Source of the DNA: a virus
Lineage: Duplodnaviria; Caudoviricetes
IMG/VR virus record: IMGVR_UViG_3300010340_001122
Strand: one strand, 5' to 3'
DNA length: 64,000 bases
Shown: positions 1-10,350 of the stretch, in pieces
Position numbering within the stretch: the stretch's first letter is position 1
Layout: each line of letters begins with the position of its first letter
Position numbers and translations under genes: made by a program
Notes under the pieces: model-generated
Database searches by the model: none
Told to the model about the DNA's origin: nothing
The model's input: only the letters and a program-made list of their open reading frames with translations

Positions 1-669
1 GCTTGGAATGTAGGGGAAATTGATGAGATGGTTTTACCACCTTGTCATTACGGATTTCAAGTTTACACAAGAGAGTTGAGTTTTAATGAGAGATTAGATA
101 TCGCCGGTAAAAATAATGGATATGAATATCCTAATAGAATTAATGTTACTAAAGAAGATAATAAATTTTGGAATGAATGGCTTTTTGAAAAAAATGTTCC
201 AACCAGAGCAGTCTCTCTAATGTGGAATCAACGAAGTGTAGATACATTCTTAGGATTACCATTCAACATAGCTTCTTATGGTTTATTGCTTGAAATCATT
301 GCCAAAGAAGTAAACATGGTACCTGATGAATTAATTGGAAATTTAGGTGATGTTCATTTATATTCAAATCACATTGAACAAGCCAAAGAACAAATTGGTA
401 GAGAATTAAGCTTAGATGAGAGAAGGGAGATAGCTAATTTAAAACAAAACGATATTCATTATGGTGAGTTCATATCACCTATGACTATAGAACATTGGGA
501 TAGAATCAATATCCCAATCAGAACAAGAGAACCATATCCATTACCAATATTAAAGATAGCGGAAAACGGACCATCAATAATTGAAAAGATAAGGTATTGG
601 CGATCTGGAGATTTTGTAATTGAAAACTATCAATCCCACCCAACAATTAAAGCTCCTTTGAGTAATTAA
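1..669 (+). CDS. thyA: Thymidylate synthase, 3' part (starts upstream of window)
   Basis: Frame open from base 1: AWN..M.LPPCH (catalytic Cys), WNQRSVD.FLGLPFNIASY, GDVHLYSNH, C-terminal Y.SHPTIKAPLS. Confidence 0.97.
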   Translation, partial: AWNVGEIDEMVLPPCHYGFQVYTRELSFNERLDIAGKNNGYEYPNRINVTKEDNKFWNEWLFEKNVPTRAVSLMWNQRSVDTFLGLPFNIASYGLLLEIIAKEVNMVPDELIGNLGDVHLYSNHIEQAKEQIGRELSLDERREIANLKQNDIHYGEFISPMTIEHWDRINIPIRTREPYPLPILKIAENGPSIIEKIRYWRSGDFVIENYQSHPTIKAPLSN

Positions 670-685
670 AAAATAATTTAATAAT

Positions 686-1183
686 ATGAGTAAAGAAATA
701 GAATACGATCCAATTTATGATAGTATAGTTCAGCAAATCAAACAAATTGATAGAGATGATCTTTCAGATGATGTTGATCAAGGACCATTGAGTTCAGAAG
801 TTGAAAAACAAAAAGTTTATATATGGATTCGTTTGTATATAAAAGAGGAAATGTCTGGACTTAAAGAAGGTGATGACTTTAAAATCAAATATCTTGATTC
901 TGGTGAGGAGTTAATTACTAAGTTTATTTGTTTTGGTAAAAAGAATTCATTTAAAGATTCTGATGATTATGATCAAATTCAAATTACATCTGAAGATGAT
1001 ACTAAATGTTTGTGTTTAATGGTTGATGAGCAAGAGATACAGACATCAGATGCTATACCATTTATTAGAAGTTTATTTAGAGTTTCAAAGCATTTTGAAT
1101 ACCAGGTTTATAAAAGAGAAGATTTAACATTTACAAATGTTAGGACTGGTGAATCGGTTGAATATATTGATTGTGATTTTTAA
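686..1183 (+). CDS. Hypothetical protein
   Basis: 165-aa ORF in operon position; no motif recognised. Confidence 0.7.
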   Translation: MSKEIEYDPIYDSIVQQIKQIDRDDLSDDVDQGPLSSEVEKQKVYIWIRLYIKEEMSGLKEGDDFKIKYLDSGEELITKFICFGKKNSFKDSDDYDQIQITSEDDTKCLCLMVDEQEIQTSDAIPFIRSLFRVSKHFEYQVYKREDLTFTNVRTGESVEYIDCDF

Positions 1184-1587
1184 TTTCTAAATATAAATAA
1201 AAATCTCGATTGGGGGATCCTTTTAGATTTTAAATACTGGTTTTCATATGCTGTTAGTAATTCACAATTAAATTCAGATTGAAATCTTTTTAATAAGTCT
1301 TCACAATCATTATTAAATTCATATAGATCTTTATAGAAAACCTTAAATAAATCCATGTGTATTATTAAATAAACCTCATTTATATTTTTAATTTCTTTTC
1401 CAATTGATATTAATCTATGATATGAGGATATATCTTCTTCTTCTATAAAGAAGTTATATCCTCCTCTGCAATTAGAATCACCTTCGAATACCATGTCCCA
1501 TTTATCAACCAATTCTTGAAAAATATCTTTTATTTCTTCTATATCTGGTTGATTAGAAAAACTTTCAAATTTTGAAATAATATACAT
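1180..1587 (-). CDS. Hypothetical protein of the 'KFESF' N-terminal motif family
   Basis: Start re-called at ATG 1587 (MYIISKFESF), preceded by TATATATA; contains the IKDIFQEL.D motif shared with family members. Confidence 0.7.
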   Translation of the reverse strand: MYIISKFESFSNQPDIEEIKDIFQELVDKWDMVFEGDSNCRGGYNFFIEEEDISSYHRLISIGKEIKNINEVYLIIHMDLFKVFYKDLYEFNNDCEDLLKRFQSEFNCELLTAYENQYLKSKRIPQSRFLFIFRN

Positions 1588-1632
1588 GACATATATATAA
1601 AAATAGTATATAAAAAAAATAAGTAAAAAATA

Positions 1633-3174
1633 GTGCTGATTGATACACAATATTTGATAAATACGAAGAAATTAGTTGTTAGTTATGTTGATAAAACAGG
1701 TGATATTAAATTAAAATACTATGATTGGCAAAATCCTTTAAAGTATGTGACTTGTGAGGATACTGACCCTCAAAGGCATCCAGATTATAAGTCTTGGGAT
1801 AATAAACATGTTAAACAAATTGAAGTAAATCATCCGGATAGATATGCGGTTTATGAATTTTTAGATGCTCTTCCTGAAAAAGAAAGAGATGAGATTTTTG
1901 AATTTAATTTACCTAAAATATTTTTTATAGATATTGAAACAGAAATTGTGGATGGATTTCCGGAAGCTGCTGATATATTAAATGCTGATGGTTCGGTTAA
2001 AAAAGAAGGAGCATCTACCCAAGTACTATCTATATCTGTTGTTTATGATGATAAAATAATCCTTTTAGGATTGAAAGATATGCCTCAAGATATGCAGGAT
2101 CGTATATTAACTAATACGAATAAATATTTTGAAAAATCAAAAGTTGAATATAAATTCAAATACATTAAATATGATGATGAATTTGATATGTTATATAATT
2201 TCTTTTATAAAATGGTTCCAAAAATGCCACTTATTACTGGTTGGAATTTCTTAAACTATGACTGGTTATATTTGGTAAATCGATCTAGAAAATTAAGTAA
2301 ATGGGTTAATGGTAAGCAAATTAAAATTGATCCATCTGTTTCATCATTTACTAAAAGATTGAATAAAGTCTGGTCTACCGAATATGAAGTTCCCGCTCAT
2401 AGAATGATATTTGATTATATGCAATTATATGAAATATGTGATACCTCAATAAAAGTTAAAGAAAGTTCTTCATTGGATTTTGTTTCTAATAAATTAGTTG
2501 GTGTGGATAAGATTAAATATACCGGTTCACTCCAAAAACTTTATGAAGATGATTTTGAAACTTTTATGTATTATAACGCGGTTGACTCCGTTTTGGTGCA
2601 GAAAATTCATGAAGCCAGAAATTATATTTCCATTATTTTTGCTATTTCTTCTCTTGCTAAAATTAAAGTAGTTGATATCGTTTCTCAAATGAATAATGCT
2701 CTTGGTTCTTTAGCTATTACTGAGGGTGTTTTAAGAAATAGGTTCCGTGAAATGGAAAATATAATCTTATTTAAAGATGAAAATGCTGTTCGTGGAGGTG
2801 AATCTGGAATTGCAGGTGGATGGGTTAAAGATCCTGTTGTTGGTATGAATAAGTGGTGCGTAATCTATGACTTTGCATCACTTTATCCAACTACTCAGTT
2901 GCAGTTTTTTATAGCACCTGAAACATTTGTGGGTGTTAAAACAGAAGAAGAGAATGAATATTGTTTCAATGGTAATCAGAGAATTAAAATTGATCTTGAT
3001 AAACATGTTGTGTGTGTCAATGGTGTTGTTTTTGAGAAAAGATATTCACCAACTTTGAAGATGTTGGATGATGTTTATGCGGATAGAAAGAAGAATAAAA
3101 AAATTATGATGCAGAAGAAAGAAGAATATAAAGCGGTCATGGATGAGATTAAACAATTAGAATCTGAATTATAA
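1633..3174 (+). CDS. Family B DNA polymerase, N-terminal subunit (3'-5' exonuclease + motif A; split polymerase)
   Basis: ExoI FIDIET, ExoII TGWNFLNYD, ExoIII YNAVD, motif A YDFASLYP; ends in a fingers helix without motifs B and C. Confidence 0.9.
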   Translation: MLIDTQYLINTKKLVVSYVDKTGDIKLKYYDWQNPLKYVTCEDTDPQRHPDYKSWDNKHVKQIEVNHPDRYAVYEFLDALPEKERDEIFEFNLPKIFFIDIETEIVDGFPEAADILNADGSVKKEGASTQVLSISVVYDDKIILLGLKDMPQDMQDRILTNTNKYFEKSKVEYKFKYIKYDDEFDMLYNFFYKMVPKMPLITGWNFLNYDWLYLVNRSRKLSKWVNGKQIKIDPSVSSFTKRLNKVWSTEYEVPAHRMIFDYMQLYEICDTSIKVKESSSLDFVSNKLVGVDKIKYTGSLQKLYEDDFETFMYYNAVDSVLVQKIHEARNYISIIFAISSLAKIKVVDIVSQMNNALGSLAITEGVLRNRFREMENIILFKDENAVRGGESGIAGGWVKDPVVGMNKWCVIYDFASLYPTTQLQFFIAPETFVGVKTEEENEYCFNGNQRIKIDLDKHVVCVNGVVFEKRYSPTLKMLDDVYADRKKNKKIMMQKKEEYKAVMDEIKQLESEL

Positions 3175-3177
3175 AAT

Positions 3178-3579
3178 TTATGAGATTTTGATAATTAAAT
3201 GATAATTAACCAAAGTTTGTAATTCTCTTAATTCAAATGTATATCCAGTATCATTTATTAATTCCAAAACAATTGGATATAATTGATCAATAAATTCCTT
3301 TATTTTAGATAAATGTGATGATGTTTTTATGAAATGTTCAGGATCTCTAAAAGTTTGATAAACATGGCCTGGTATAAAAAAATCAACAACTATTTCTATA
3401 CTACCATTTCCTTTACTATATAATTCTTGACCAGAATCTCTTCTATTGTAAAATTTATCAAATTTTATTTCTATATTATCTATATCGGATAAACTACTAT
3501 TTGTAAAATATGATTTAACTTCTTCATATATTTCGTTATCTGATTTTTCTAAATTTTCGTAAAATTTTTTAATTTTCAT
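3178..3579 (-). CDS. Hypothetical protein, MKIKKFYEN N-terminal motif family
   Basis: N-terminal motif; TAATATATA just upstream. Confidence 0.7.
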   Translation of the reverse strand: MKIKKFYENLEKSDNEIYEEVKSYFTNSSLSDIDNIEIKFDKFYNRRDSGQELYSKGNGSIEIVVDFFIPGHVYQTFRDPEHFIKTSSHLSKIKEFIDQLYPIVLELINDTGYTFELRELQTLVNYHLIIKIS

Positions 3580-3611
3580 AATCTTATATATTAAAATAAC
3601 CTATAACAATC

Positions 3612-5279
3612 ATGTCATTAAAAAAAGATTTACTCAAATATACCCCTCGTAAAGAGCAACAAGAATGTATCGATTTTATCGATTCTCAATATAAAAATAA
3701 TAAAGAAAATAAATTCTTTCTTTTAAACTTACCCGTTGGGACGGGAAAATCACATTTAGCTTTGATGATTGCTGATTGGTATTTGAAAAACGTCAACGGT
3801 AATGCTAAGTTTGATGTTATTACAAATAGTAAAATCTTACAAGATCAGTATGTTGAAACATATGAATCTATCAATGATTTAAAGGGTAAGGAAAATTATG
3901 AGTGTGCTCAGTATGCTTGTTCTTGTGCTCAAGGTAATGAGTTCAATAGATTGAATAAAACGAGTTGTGAGTTTTGTCCACATTCTGGTGCGAGAGATGG
4001 ATATGTTTCAGGTAGAATGTCACTAACTAATTTTTATCTTTATATTCTATTTCAGTTATATATGACTAAGATGATGGATTCTAGAGGTAGTAATGTTTTG
4101 ATTGTTGACGAGGCACATGATTTTGATGATGTGATGTCGGATTTTATAACAATTAAAATAACTGAGTTTGTTGTTAAAAAATTGAAATTTTCAAATGAAG
4201 ATAAGATTCTTAAAGATTTAAAAAAAATCACTAATATTAGTGGGTATATTGATTTTCTAAAAGAATTACAAGGTGAGATTGCCACTACCATTGCAGATGT
4301 TGAGAGATCTTTAAGTGCTGAGAAGAGAAATATTAAATCAATTAAAAGAGAAAACTCTGTTAATAAAGTATTGGGTGGTAAAAATTCTGATATTAAATTA
4401 ATGCAAGTAATAACTGATTTGCAACAATATCAATCTAAGATTGAAATTTTCTTAAATGAATATAAAGCTAATCCTGATAATTGGGTATTGGAATCAAATT
4501 ATAATGAGAAAACAAAACAAAAAGAATTATCATTAGAACCTATTTGGGCTTTTGATTATCTCGATAAGTATATCTTTTCAAAATATGATATGGTATTTTT
4601 AATGTCGGGAACTATTCTTGATAAGAATTTATTTTGTCAACTTAATGGTTTGGATGTTGAGAAGGCTGTTTATTATTCAATTGAATCGCCATTTCCAGTT
4701 AAAAACCGACCAGTATATTACATGCCGCTTGGTAAAATGTCTTATAAATCAAAAGAAGATACTTTTAAGAATTATGTTCCATTTATTCAGAAAATATTGA
4801 ATAAATATCCTGATAAGAAAGGAATAGTACATACCAACTCTTTTGAATTGGCAAGTTGGATATCTCGGGATGTTAGAAATCCACGATTAGTTTATCATGA
4901 CTCATCTAATAAGGATTTGGTTCTACAAGAACATTATTCTACTGATAAACCAACTGTTATAGTTTCTCCGAGTATGGATACTGGTGTTAGTTTTGATGAT
5001 GATAAGGCAAGATTTCAAGTAATTGCTAAAATTCCGTATCCAACTCTAGCATCTCAGAAAAATAAACTAAGACAGAGAATGAATCCCGATTGGTATACTT
5101 GGAAAACAGTCTCTGGGTTGATTCAAATGACTGGTAGAGCAGTTAGATCAAATGAGGATTATGCTGATACAATTATCATTGATGGGTCTTTTTCAGACTT
5201 ATTAAAGTACTCTGGTCATTTTTTCCCTAATTGGTTTCAAGAGGCAATTAAGAAAGTTAATGTTAAAATTAACGCTTAA
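3612..5279 (+). CDS. DinG/XPD(Rad3)-family SF2 helicase
   Basis: Q motif PRKEQ, LPVGTGKS, Cys cluster (C..YACSC...C.FCP), DEAH, MSGT, Q.TGRAVRSNEDY. Confidence 0.92.
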   Translation: MSLKKDLLKYTPRKEQQECIDFIDSQYKNNKENKFFLLNLPVGTGKSHLALMIADWYLKNVNGNAKFDVITNSKILQDQYVETYESINDLKGKENYECAQYACSCAQGNEFNRLNKTSCEFCPHSGARDGYVSGRMSLTNFYLYILFQLYMTKMMDSRGSNVLIVDEAHDFDDVMSDFITIKITEFVVKKLKFSNEDKILKDLKKITNISGYIDFLKELQGEIATTIADVERSLSAEKRNIKSIKRENSVNKVLGGKNSDIKLMQVITDLQQYQSKIEIFLNEYKANPDNWVLESNYNEKTKQKELSLEPIWAFDYLDKYIFSKYDMVFLMSGTILDKNLFCQLNGLDVEKAVYYSIESPFPVKNRPVYYMPLGKMSYKSKEDTFKNYVPFIQKILNKYPDKKGIVHTNSFELASWISRDVRNPRLVYHDSSNKDLVLQEHYSTDKPTVIVSPSMDTGVSFDDDKARFQVIAKIPYPTLASQKNKLRQRMNPDWYTWKTVSGLIQMTGRAVRSNEDYADTIIIDGSFSDLLKYSGHFFPNWFQEAIKKVNVKINA

Positions 5280-5310
5280 AAGCTTGTAAACATCTTTCTC
5301 ATTTATATTA

Positions 5311-5339
5311 AAAAACCCACTCAATTTGAGTGGGTTTTT
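5311..5339. terminator. Bidirectional intrinsic terminator between convergent genes
   Basis: AAAAACCCACTCAA-T-TTGAGTGGGTTTTT perfect inverted repeat. Confidence 0.9.
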
Positions 5340-5340
5340 A

Positions 5341-5862
5341 TTATTTTTTCTTTCTAGCTTCTATTGCTTTTCTTAGACCTTCTGGTAATTTTTTCTGAGC
5401 TGATGTTAATCCTTTATCACCTTTACTATCTTTAGCGTCTTTAGCTGCTTTTTTCATAGTTTCTTTTTTATCGCCGTCTTTATCAATATCTAAAAAATCT
5501 GGTTTAGATTTTTTGCTACCTTTTTTATATGATTTTTTTGATTCGTCAAATTTCATTATATGACCTCCTGGAAATTCACCTTCTTCTTCCTCTGAAGAAT
5601 CATACATGTCTGAAAAATCACCTTCTTCTTCATCTGAAGAGTGCATATCCATATCCATTGAGAAATCATCTTCACCATTTGGTGTTATTTCGCCTGGTTC
5701 AGGTTGAGTTATTTCATCATCTTCACAAGGTTCACAGAATTCTTCTTCATTTTCTGAAGGCTTCATATTTCTGAGGTTTCTCGAGTAATCTAAAAATTCT
5801 TGCTCATCAGAATCAACATCTGGTGACAGATAAAAGTTTTCGAATTTTTTTAAATGTTTCAT
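5341..5862 (-). CDS. Acidic/basic low-complexity protein, possible prohead core/internal head protein
   Basis: MKHLKKFENF start; KPDFLDIDKDGDKKE.MKKAAKD (DxDxDG) motif; acidic N-half and basic C-half. Confidence 0.6.
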   Translation of the reverse strand: MKHLKKFENFYLSPDVDSDEQEFLDYSRNLRNMKPSENEEEFCEPCEDDEITQPEPGEITPNGEDDFSMDMDMHSSDEEEGDFSDMYDSSEEEEGEFPGGHIMKFDESKKSYKKGSKKSKPDFLDIDKDGDKKETMKKAAKDAKDSKGDKGLTSAQKKLPEGLRKAIEARKKK

Positions 5863-5931
5863 ATAATAGGTTTTTATTTTAATTATATATTAAAGCTTTA
5901 AATCGATTTATTGATTTTTATATATATTGAG

Positions 5932-7113
5932 ATGAAAATTTTAAACTTTTTTGATTTTATTTTAGAGAATTATAAAAAAATTGAAGTTCCGTTTCAATTT
6001 TGTCAAGAATTTGATTATGTTTTAAGAGAAATTGAATCTCCTATTTCTTCTGAAATTAGAAAAATGAGACTCCAACCATCTGATATTTCACTCCTAAATA
6101 TAGGTGATGAACCTGATATGGTATCATATACAACATCTCAGAAGTTATCACAACATTTTAATACAGAAGACCAGAGGCAACTTAATTTATTGGTTCAACC
6201 TTTGAGTAGAAATACTGAAATATATCATAAAAATCGAACTAACATTAAAGTTGGTAGATTAGTTAGAAAACTATTTGGTTCAAAATTTAGCGATTCGGAA
6301 ATTGAAAAATTTGTAAATCAATATAAATCTAGTATGGATGATAAAATATTAAATTTTGAAATTTGGGACGGTCAAGAAATAATTGATGGATATCGATCTA
6401 AAAATTATACTTATGATGGATCTAGTTCTAATCCTCTTCTAAATTCCTGTATGAATGATGAGTTACATCTAATTGATTTTTACCAATATGTTCCAGTAAA
6501 ACTTCTAGTTTTACTGAATAACGATGGTCACATTTTTGGAAGATCCCTTTTGTGGAAAACAGATAAGGGTCTTTTTATGGATAGAATTTATTCAGCATTT
6601 GATCAAGATTATTATAAATTTATTGAGTATGCTAAAAATAATAATATTATCTATAAAGAGGAGAATAAAAGTGGTAATTTAATTAAATATGTAAAAGATA
6701 ATAATGTTTCTTGGTTTCCAATGAAAATTAATTTGAAGTTTAATATAGAAGATTATAGTAAAGAGGAATTTACTGGAAGTGTAAGAGATATTCCATATAT
6801 GGATACTTTCATATATGGTCAAAAGAATACGTTATCTAACTATGAACCTTTGGATAACAAGTACTATGTTCTTACAGACACAGATGGTGAGCCATTAGAA
6901 GTTATACCGCAATATGATGTTAATGGTCAAAGAATTGATACAGATCAAATGGAATACTATGATTGGTCTAATATACAGAATGGATGGGTATATAGAAAAA
7001 GTGGAATTTTTGTGGATTCGGTTATGGACTTTTTATCATTAGATTACTTAAAAGATCCTAAAAATGGATTTATTTTTAATGAAAAAGATGGTTGGATTAA
7101 AATTAAAAATTAA
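5932..7113 (+). CDS. Conserved phage protein (SCM / GR.LLW / DRIY / PYMDT family), paralog of 7966..10290
   Basis: Motifs KVGR.VR, IEKFVN.YK, NSCM, GRSLLWK, MDRIY, PYMDT shared with 7966..10290; ATG start at 5932. Confidence 0.75.
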   Translation: MKILNFFDFILENYKKIEVPFQFCQEFDYVLREIESPISSEIRKMRLQPSDISLLNIGDEPDMVSYTTSQKLSQHFNTEDQRQLNLLVQPLSRNTEIYHKNRTNIKVGRLVRKLFGSKFSDSEIEKFVNQYKSSMDDKILNFEIWDGQEIIDGYRSKNYTYDGSSSNPLLNSCMNDELHLIDFYQYVPVKLLVLLNNDGHIFGRSLLWKTDKGLFMDRIYSAFDQDYYKFIEYAKNNNIIYKEENKSGNLIKYVKDNNVSWFPMKINLKFNIEDYSKEEFTGSVRDIPYMDTFIYGQKNTLSNYEPLDNKYYVLTDTDGEPLEVIPQYDVNGQRIDTDQMEYYDWSNIQNGWVYRKSGIFVDSVMDFLSLDYLKDPKNGFIFNEKDGWIKIKN

Positions 7114-7123
7114 TATATAATTA

Positions 7124-7969
7124 ATGAAAGTTTTAACTTATAGACAATATCAAATGGCTGAAGATTTATCAAATTTTATAGCAAATTCTCCTATTAATGA
7201 ATCTGATAATAAAAATACCGAAATTGATGGTATTTTAAAAAAATTATCACAGGATTTAAGATTTAATTACGGATTGGTATTTACATTTGGTGTTGGTGTT
7301 CGAGTTATGTATCCAATTGTCGAAGGATTAATTACAAATGGTGTTCTAAAAATAGAACCTACTATGGAAAATATTGTGCTTATTTCTATTGCTGCTCTCA
7401 CAATAACATATTTAGAAGAATCAAAAAATAAAGTAGGGGATTCAGAAATTCCTTGCGATTGTAAAAGTAAATCTAAGGATTGTAAAAAATGTGGAGGATC
7501 AGGTATGATTAAAAGTGTTGTTTCTAAACAAGATGCTAGAACAATTTTAGAGGAACTTAAACTCAGAGGAATTGGAAATGGTATAATTAAGAAAATGGTT
7601 GTGTGTTTTAAGTTTTTAGGAACTATTTTAAAAGATTTATTTAAAAATACCCCATATATTATCAATGGATTAATTGATATGTTAGCTTATACTAGTATTC
7701 TTATACCAGCTATGAATGGTATAAGTGCAATAGTTGGTAAATATGATTTAACTATAGATACTCTTATAGGAAATTCTTCAGCTATTTTATTAGGAATTTC
7801 AACATTTTTATCAAAATATGGTTTTGACTGGCTTGTTAAGAAATTTAAAAAATTTGGATTTAATACAAAGGGATTAAATTTACCAACCGCTGTTAGAACT
7901 TATGATATAGTTGATTCCGACACTGACGAGGAAGTTTTCGGTAATAATAAATTAATAAAAGAACAATGA
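7124..7969 (+). CDS. Hypothetical protein with hydrophobic segments and DnaJ-like Cys motif
   Basis: CDC.....DCKKCGGSG; TAATATATA upstream. Confidence 0.65.
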   Translation: MKVLTYRQYQMAEDLSNFIANSPINESDNKNTEIDGILKKLSQDLRFNYGLVFTFGVGVRVMYPIVEGLITNGVLKIEPTMENIVLISIAALTITYLEESKNKVGDSEIPCDCKSKSKDCKKCGGSGMIKSVVSKQDARTILEELKLRGIGNGIIKKMVVCFKFLGTILKDLFKNTPYIINGLIDMLAYTSILIPAMNGISAIVGKYDLTIDTLIGNSSAILLGISTFLSKYGFDWLVKKFKKFGFNTKGLNLPTAVRTYDIVDSDTDEEVFGNNKLIKEQ

Positions 7970-10290
7970 TGTATAAATATTTTGATTTTAGATACTTTAC
8001 ACTTTTGGAATCTATTTTAAAAGTCGATCCTAATTTTTTATCCTTAATTAAATCAATTGCTGATAAAGGAGATGCTGTTGGTAGTATGTTAAATAATTTA
8101 ATAAGTAAAGATATAAAAACTAATGTCAATTATTTAAAAGTTTCTGATAAAAATGATGACATGAAATTTGTAAATGATACTCAAGTGAAAAGATTTATAG
8201 ACGCTGGTCAAGATCCATTTGATAGAGCTACAAATAGTGCTAAAGTTGGTAGAACAGTTAGACAAATTTTAACTACAAATGGTATTTCTGTAACCGATCA
8301 ACAAATCGAAAAGTTTGTTAATTTATATAAAAATTCTTGGGACAAATCATTCAAAAAAACTGGAGAAGGTATCCATTTGGTTTCTGGAGAAGATATTAGG
8401 AATTGGTATCATCATTCCAAGTATGTTCCAGGCGGGGGTCAATTAAACAGTTCTTGTATGAGATATGATGAGACTCAAGATTTTTTAAACATCTATACTG
8501 AAAATCCGGAAGTTTGTCAATTAGTAATTTTAGTTGATGATAGAAATAGATTACTAGGAAGAGCATTGCTTTGGAAATTAGTTGATGGTATTAATAAATA
8601 TGGATATTATCTAGATAGAATCTATACAAGATTTGATAGTGATGGTGAGAAATTTGCTGATTGGTATAAGGATTTTATAAAAGCAACTGATGATGATTTT
8701 AAAGCACATTACATTGGTAGGACAAGTAATTGTAAAGTTCAATTAAAAAAATGGAAATTTAAATTTTATCCATATATGGATACATTAGCAATAATAGATT
8801 ATGAGACTGGTATTTTAGCGACATATCAAATAGAAGATAGTAAGAGATTACAATTACATATTCAAAATACTAGTGGAGAACCTTATGTTCCTAATTATAA
8901 TTGGTCTAATTTTCATCAAAAGTATATACCTTTGAGTGAATCGGTATATATATCAGGACGTCAGGATTACTTCTTAAAAACTGAGTGTGTTCAAGATTAT
9001 AAAAGCGATTGGATTTATAAAGAAGATGCTATTTATTCAGATTATTATCAATCATATATTAAGAAAGAAAATTCTCAAGAATTAGAAGGATTTGGATTAG
9101 TTGATTCTGATGATATATTGGAGGTTTATGACTCTATTGTGGATGGAGGACCAAGTGATATGAGAAAATTTTTATATACTAAATTAAAAGGATCAAAATA
9201 TGTAGAGGTTGATATTAGATGGAATTCATATTGGGTTAATAGTGATTTTTGTTATTATGATGCTTATGAGAATCATTATTTTGTTAAAACAGATTTAGAA
9301 GGTAGATATCAGAGTTTATATAGTGTTAGTCTTGAGGAATATAGTGATATTAATAATAATTTATTTGATAATTTATTAGATAAATTTAATAATTATTATC
9401 AATCATATGGATCGAATAGTGAGTTATATAAATTTCCTATATTTCATTATTTATATATGAATGGTGCATCATATAATGAAAAAGAGAGAGATTTCTTTGC
9501 AAGTGGTGAAATGTTAGATTTTTTAAATCTAAAACCTGATGGTAGAACTGCAGTTTATATGAAAAATAATGATTATTTTAAAGGTTTTTCTAAAATGTGT
9601 TATAAATATAATATTATAGAACTTAATAAATTATCTGAGAATATAGACGGTTGTGATATCAATCCTTTATTAAAAAAACTTAAAATTATAGATGGTTATT
9701 TATATTCTAATGATATTGGTAATTATCGAAGTATAAATGATACATATGCTAATATGATTAAGTATGGAACATTTACAAAATATTTAAATAACACTTTGGT
9801 AAAATTGTATAAAGGAGTTAATTTTACTGGTGTTCTTTTAAGTGATAAATCTATTAATGAATATTTTTCATATATTAAAAATCAAAAAGTTATAGTTATT
9901 AGCAATAATGGACTTGATTCAATAGATTTTAAAGATACTAATTTAAAAGATAATTTAAAAGATATACTTACAAAATTTAAAGAAATTTTATTATATTTTT
10001 CTTATTGGTATATTGTTTTGAGTAATGATGACGCTGCTTATATGAGGACAGAGGATTATATTTCAACAAAAGGTTTTGAAATATCACCTGATTTATTGAG
10101 AGTTCTTACATGGTTTTGTAGATATACTGATGTTGGTGGTGAGTATTCTGAATATTTACATGGAATTAGATCTTCAATTTCAAAATTTCCAACTTCGGAA
10201 TTTTTGAAAGAAAATAATATGTCTTTATCATCAGATAAGTCTAAAAAATCAATTGAGATTTATAATGACTTTTTAGATTTATTAAAATAA
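7966..10290 (+). CDS. Conserved phage protein (SCM / GRALLW / DRIY / PYMDT family) with long C-terminal extension
   Basis: 774-aa ORF; motifs shared with 5932..7113. Confidence 0.75.
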   Translation: MMYKYFDFRYFTLLESILKVDPNFLSLIKSIADKGDAVGSMLNNLISKDIKTNVNYLKVSDKNDDMKFVNDTQVKRFIDAGQDPFDRATNSAKVGRTVRQILTTNGISVTDQQIEKFVNLYKNSWDKSFKKTGEGIHLVSGEDIRNWYHHSKYVPGGGQLNSSCMRYDETQDFLNIYTENPEVCQLVILVDDRNRLLGRALLWKLVDGINKYGYYLDRIYTRFDSDGEKFADWYKDFIKATDDDFKAHYIGRTSNCKVQLKKWKFKFYPYMDTLAIIDYETGILATYQIEDSKRLQLHIQNTSGEPYVPNYNWSNFHQKYIPLSESVYISGRQDYFLKTECVQDYKSDWIYKEDAIYSDYYQSYIKKENSQELEGFGLVDSDDILEVYDSIVDGGPSDMRKFLYTKLKGSKYVEVDIRWNSYWVNSDFCYYDAYENHYFVKTDLEGRYQSLYSVSLEEYSDINNNLFDNLLDKFNNYYQSYGSNSELYKFPIFHYLYMNGASYNEKERDFFASGEMLDFLNLKPDGRTAVYMKNNDYFKGFSKMCYKYNIIELNKLSENIDGCDINPLLKKLKIIDGYLYSNDIGNYRSINDTYANMIKYGTFTKYLNNTLVKLYKGVNFTGVLLSDKSINEYFSYIKNQKVIVISNNGLDSIDFKDTNLKDNLKDILTKFKEILLYFSYWYIVLSNDDAAYMRTEDYISTKGFEISPDLLRVLTWFCRYTDVGGEYSEYLHGIRSSISKFPTSEFLKENNMSLSSDKSKKSIEIYNDFLDLLK

Positions 10291-10350
10291 GGAAAAAGTT
10301 GCAAACAATAAAATATATTTTGACTATAAAATCAAAATATAATAAACATT

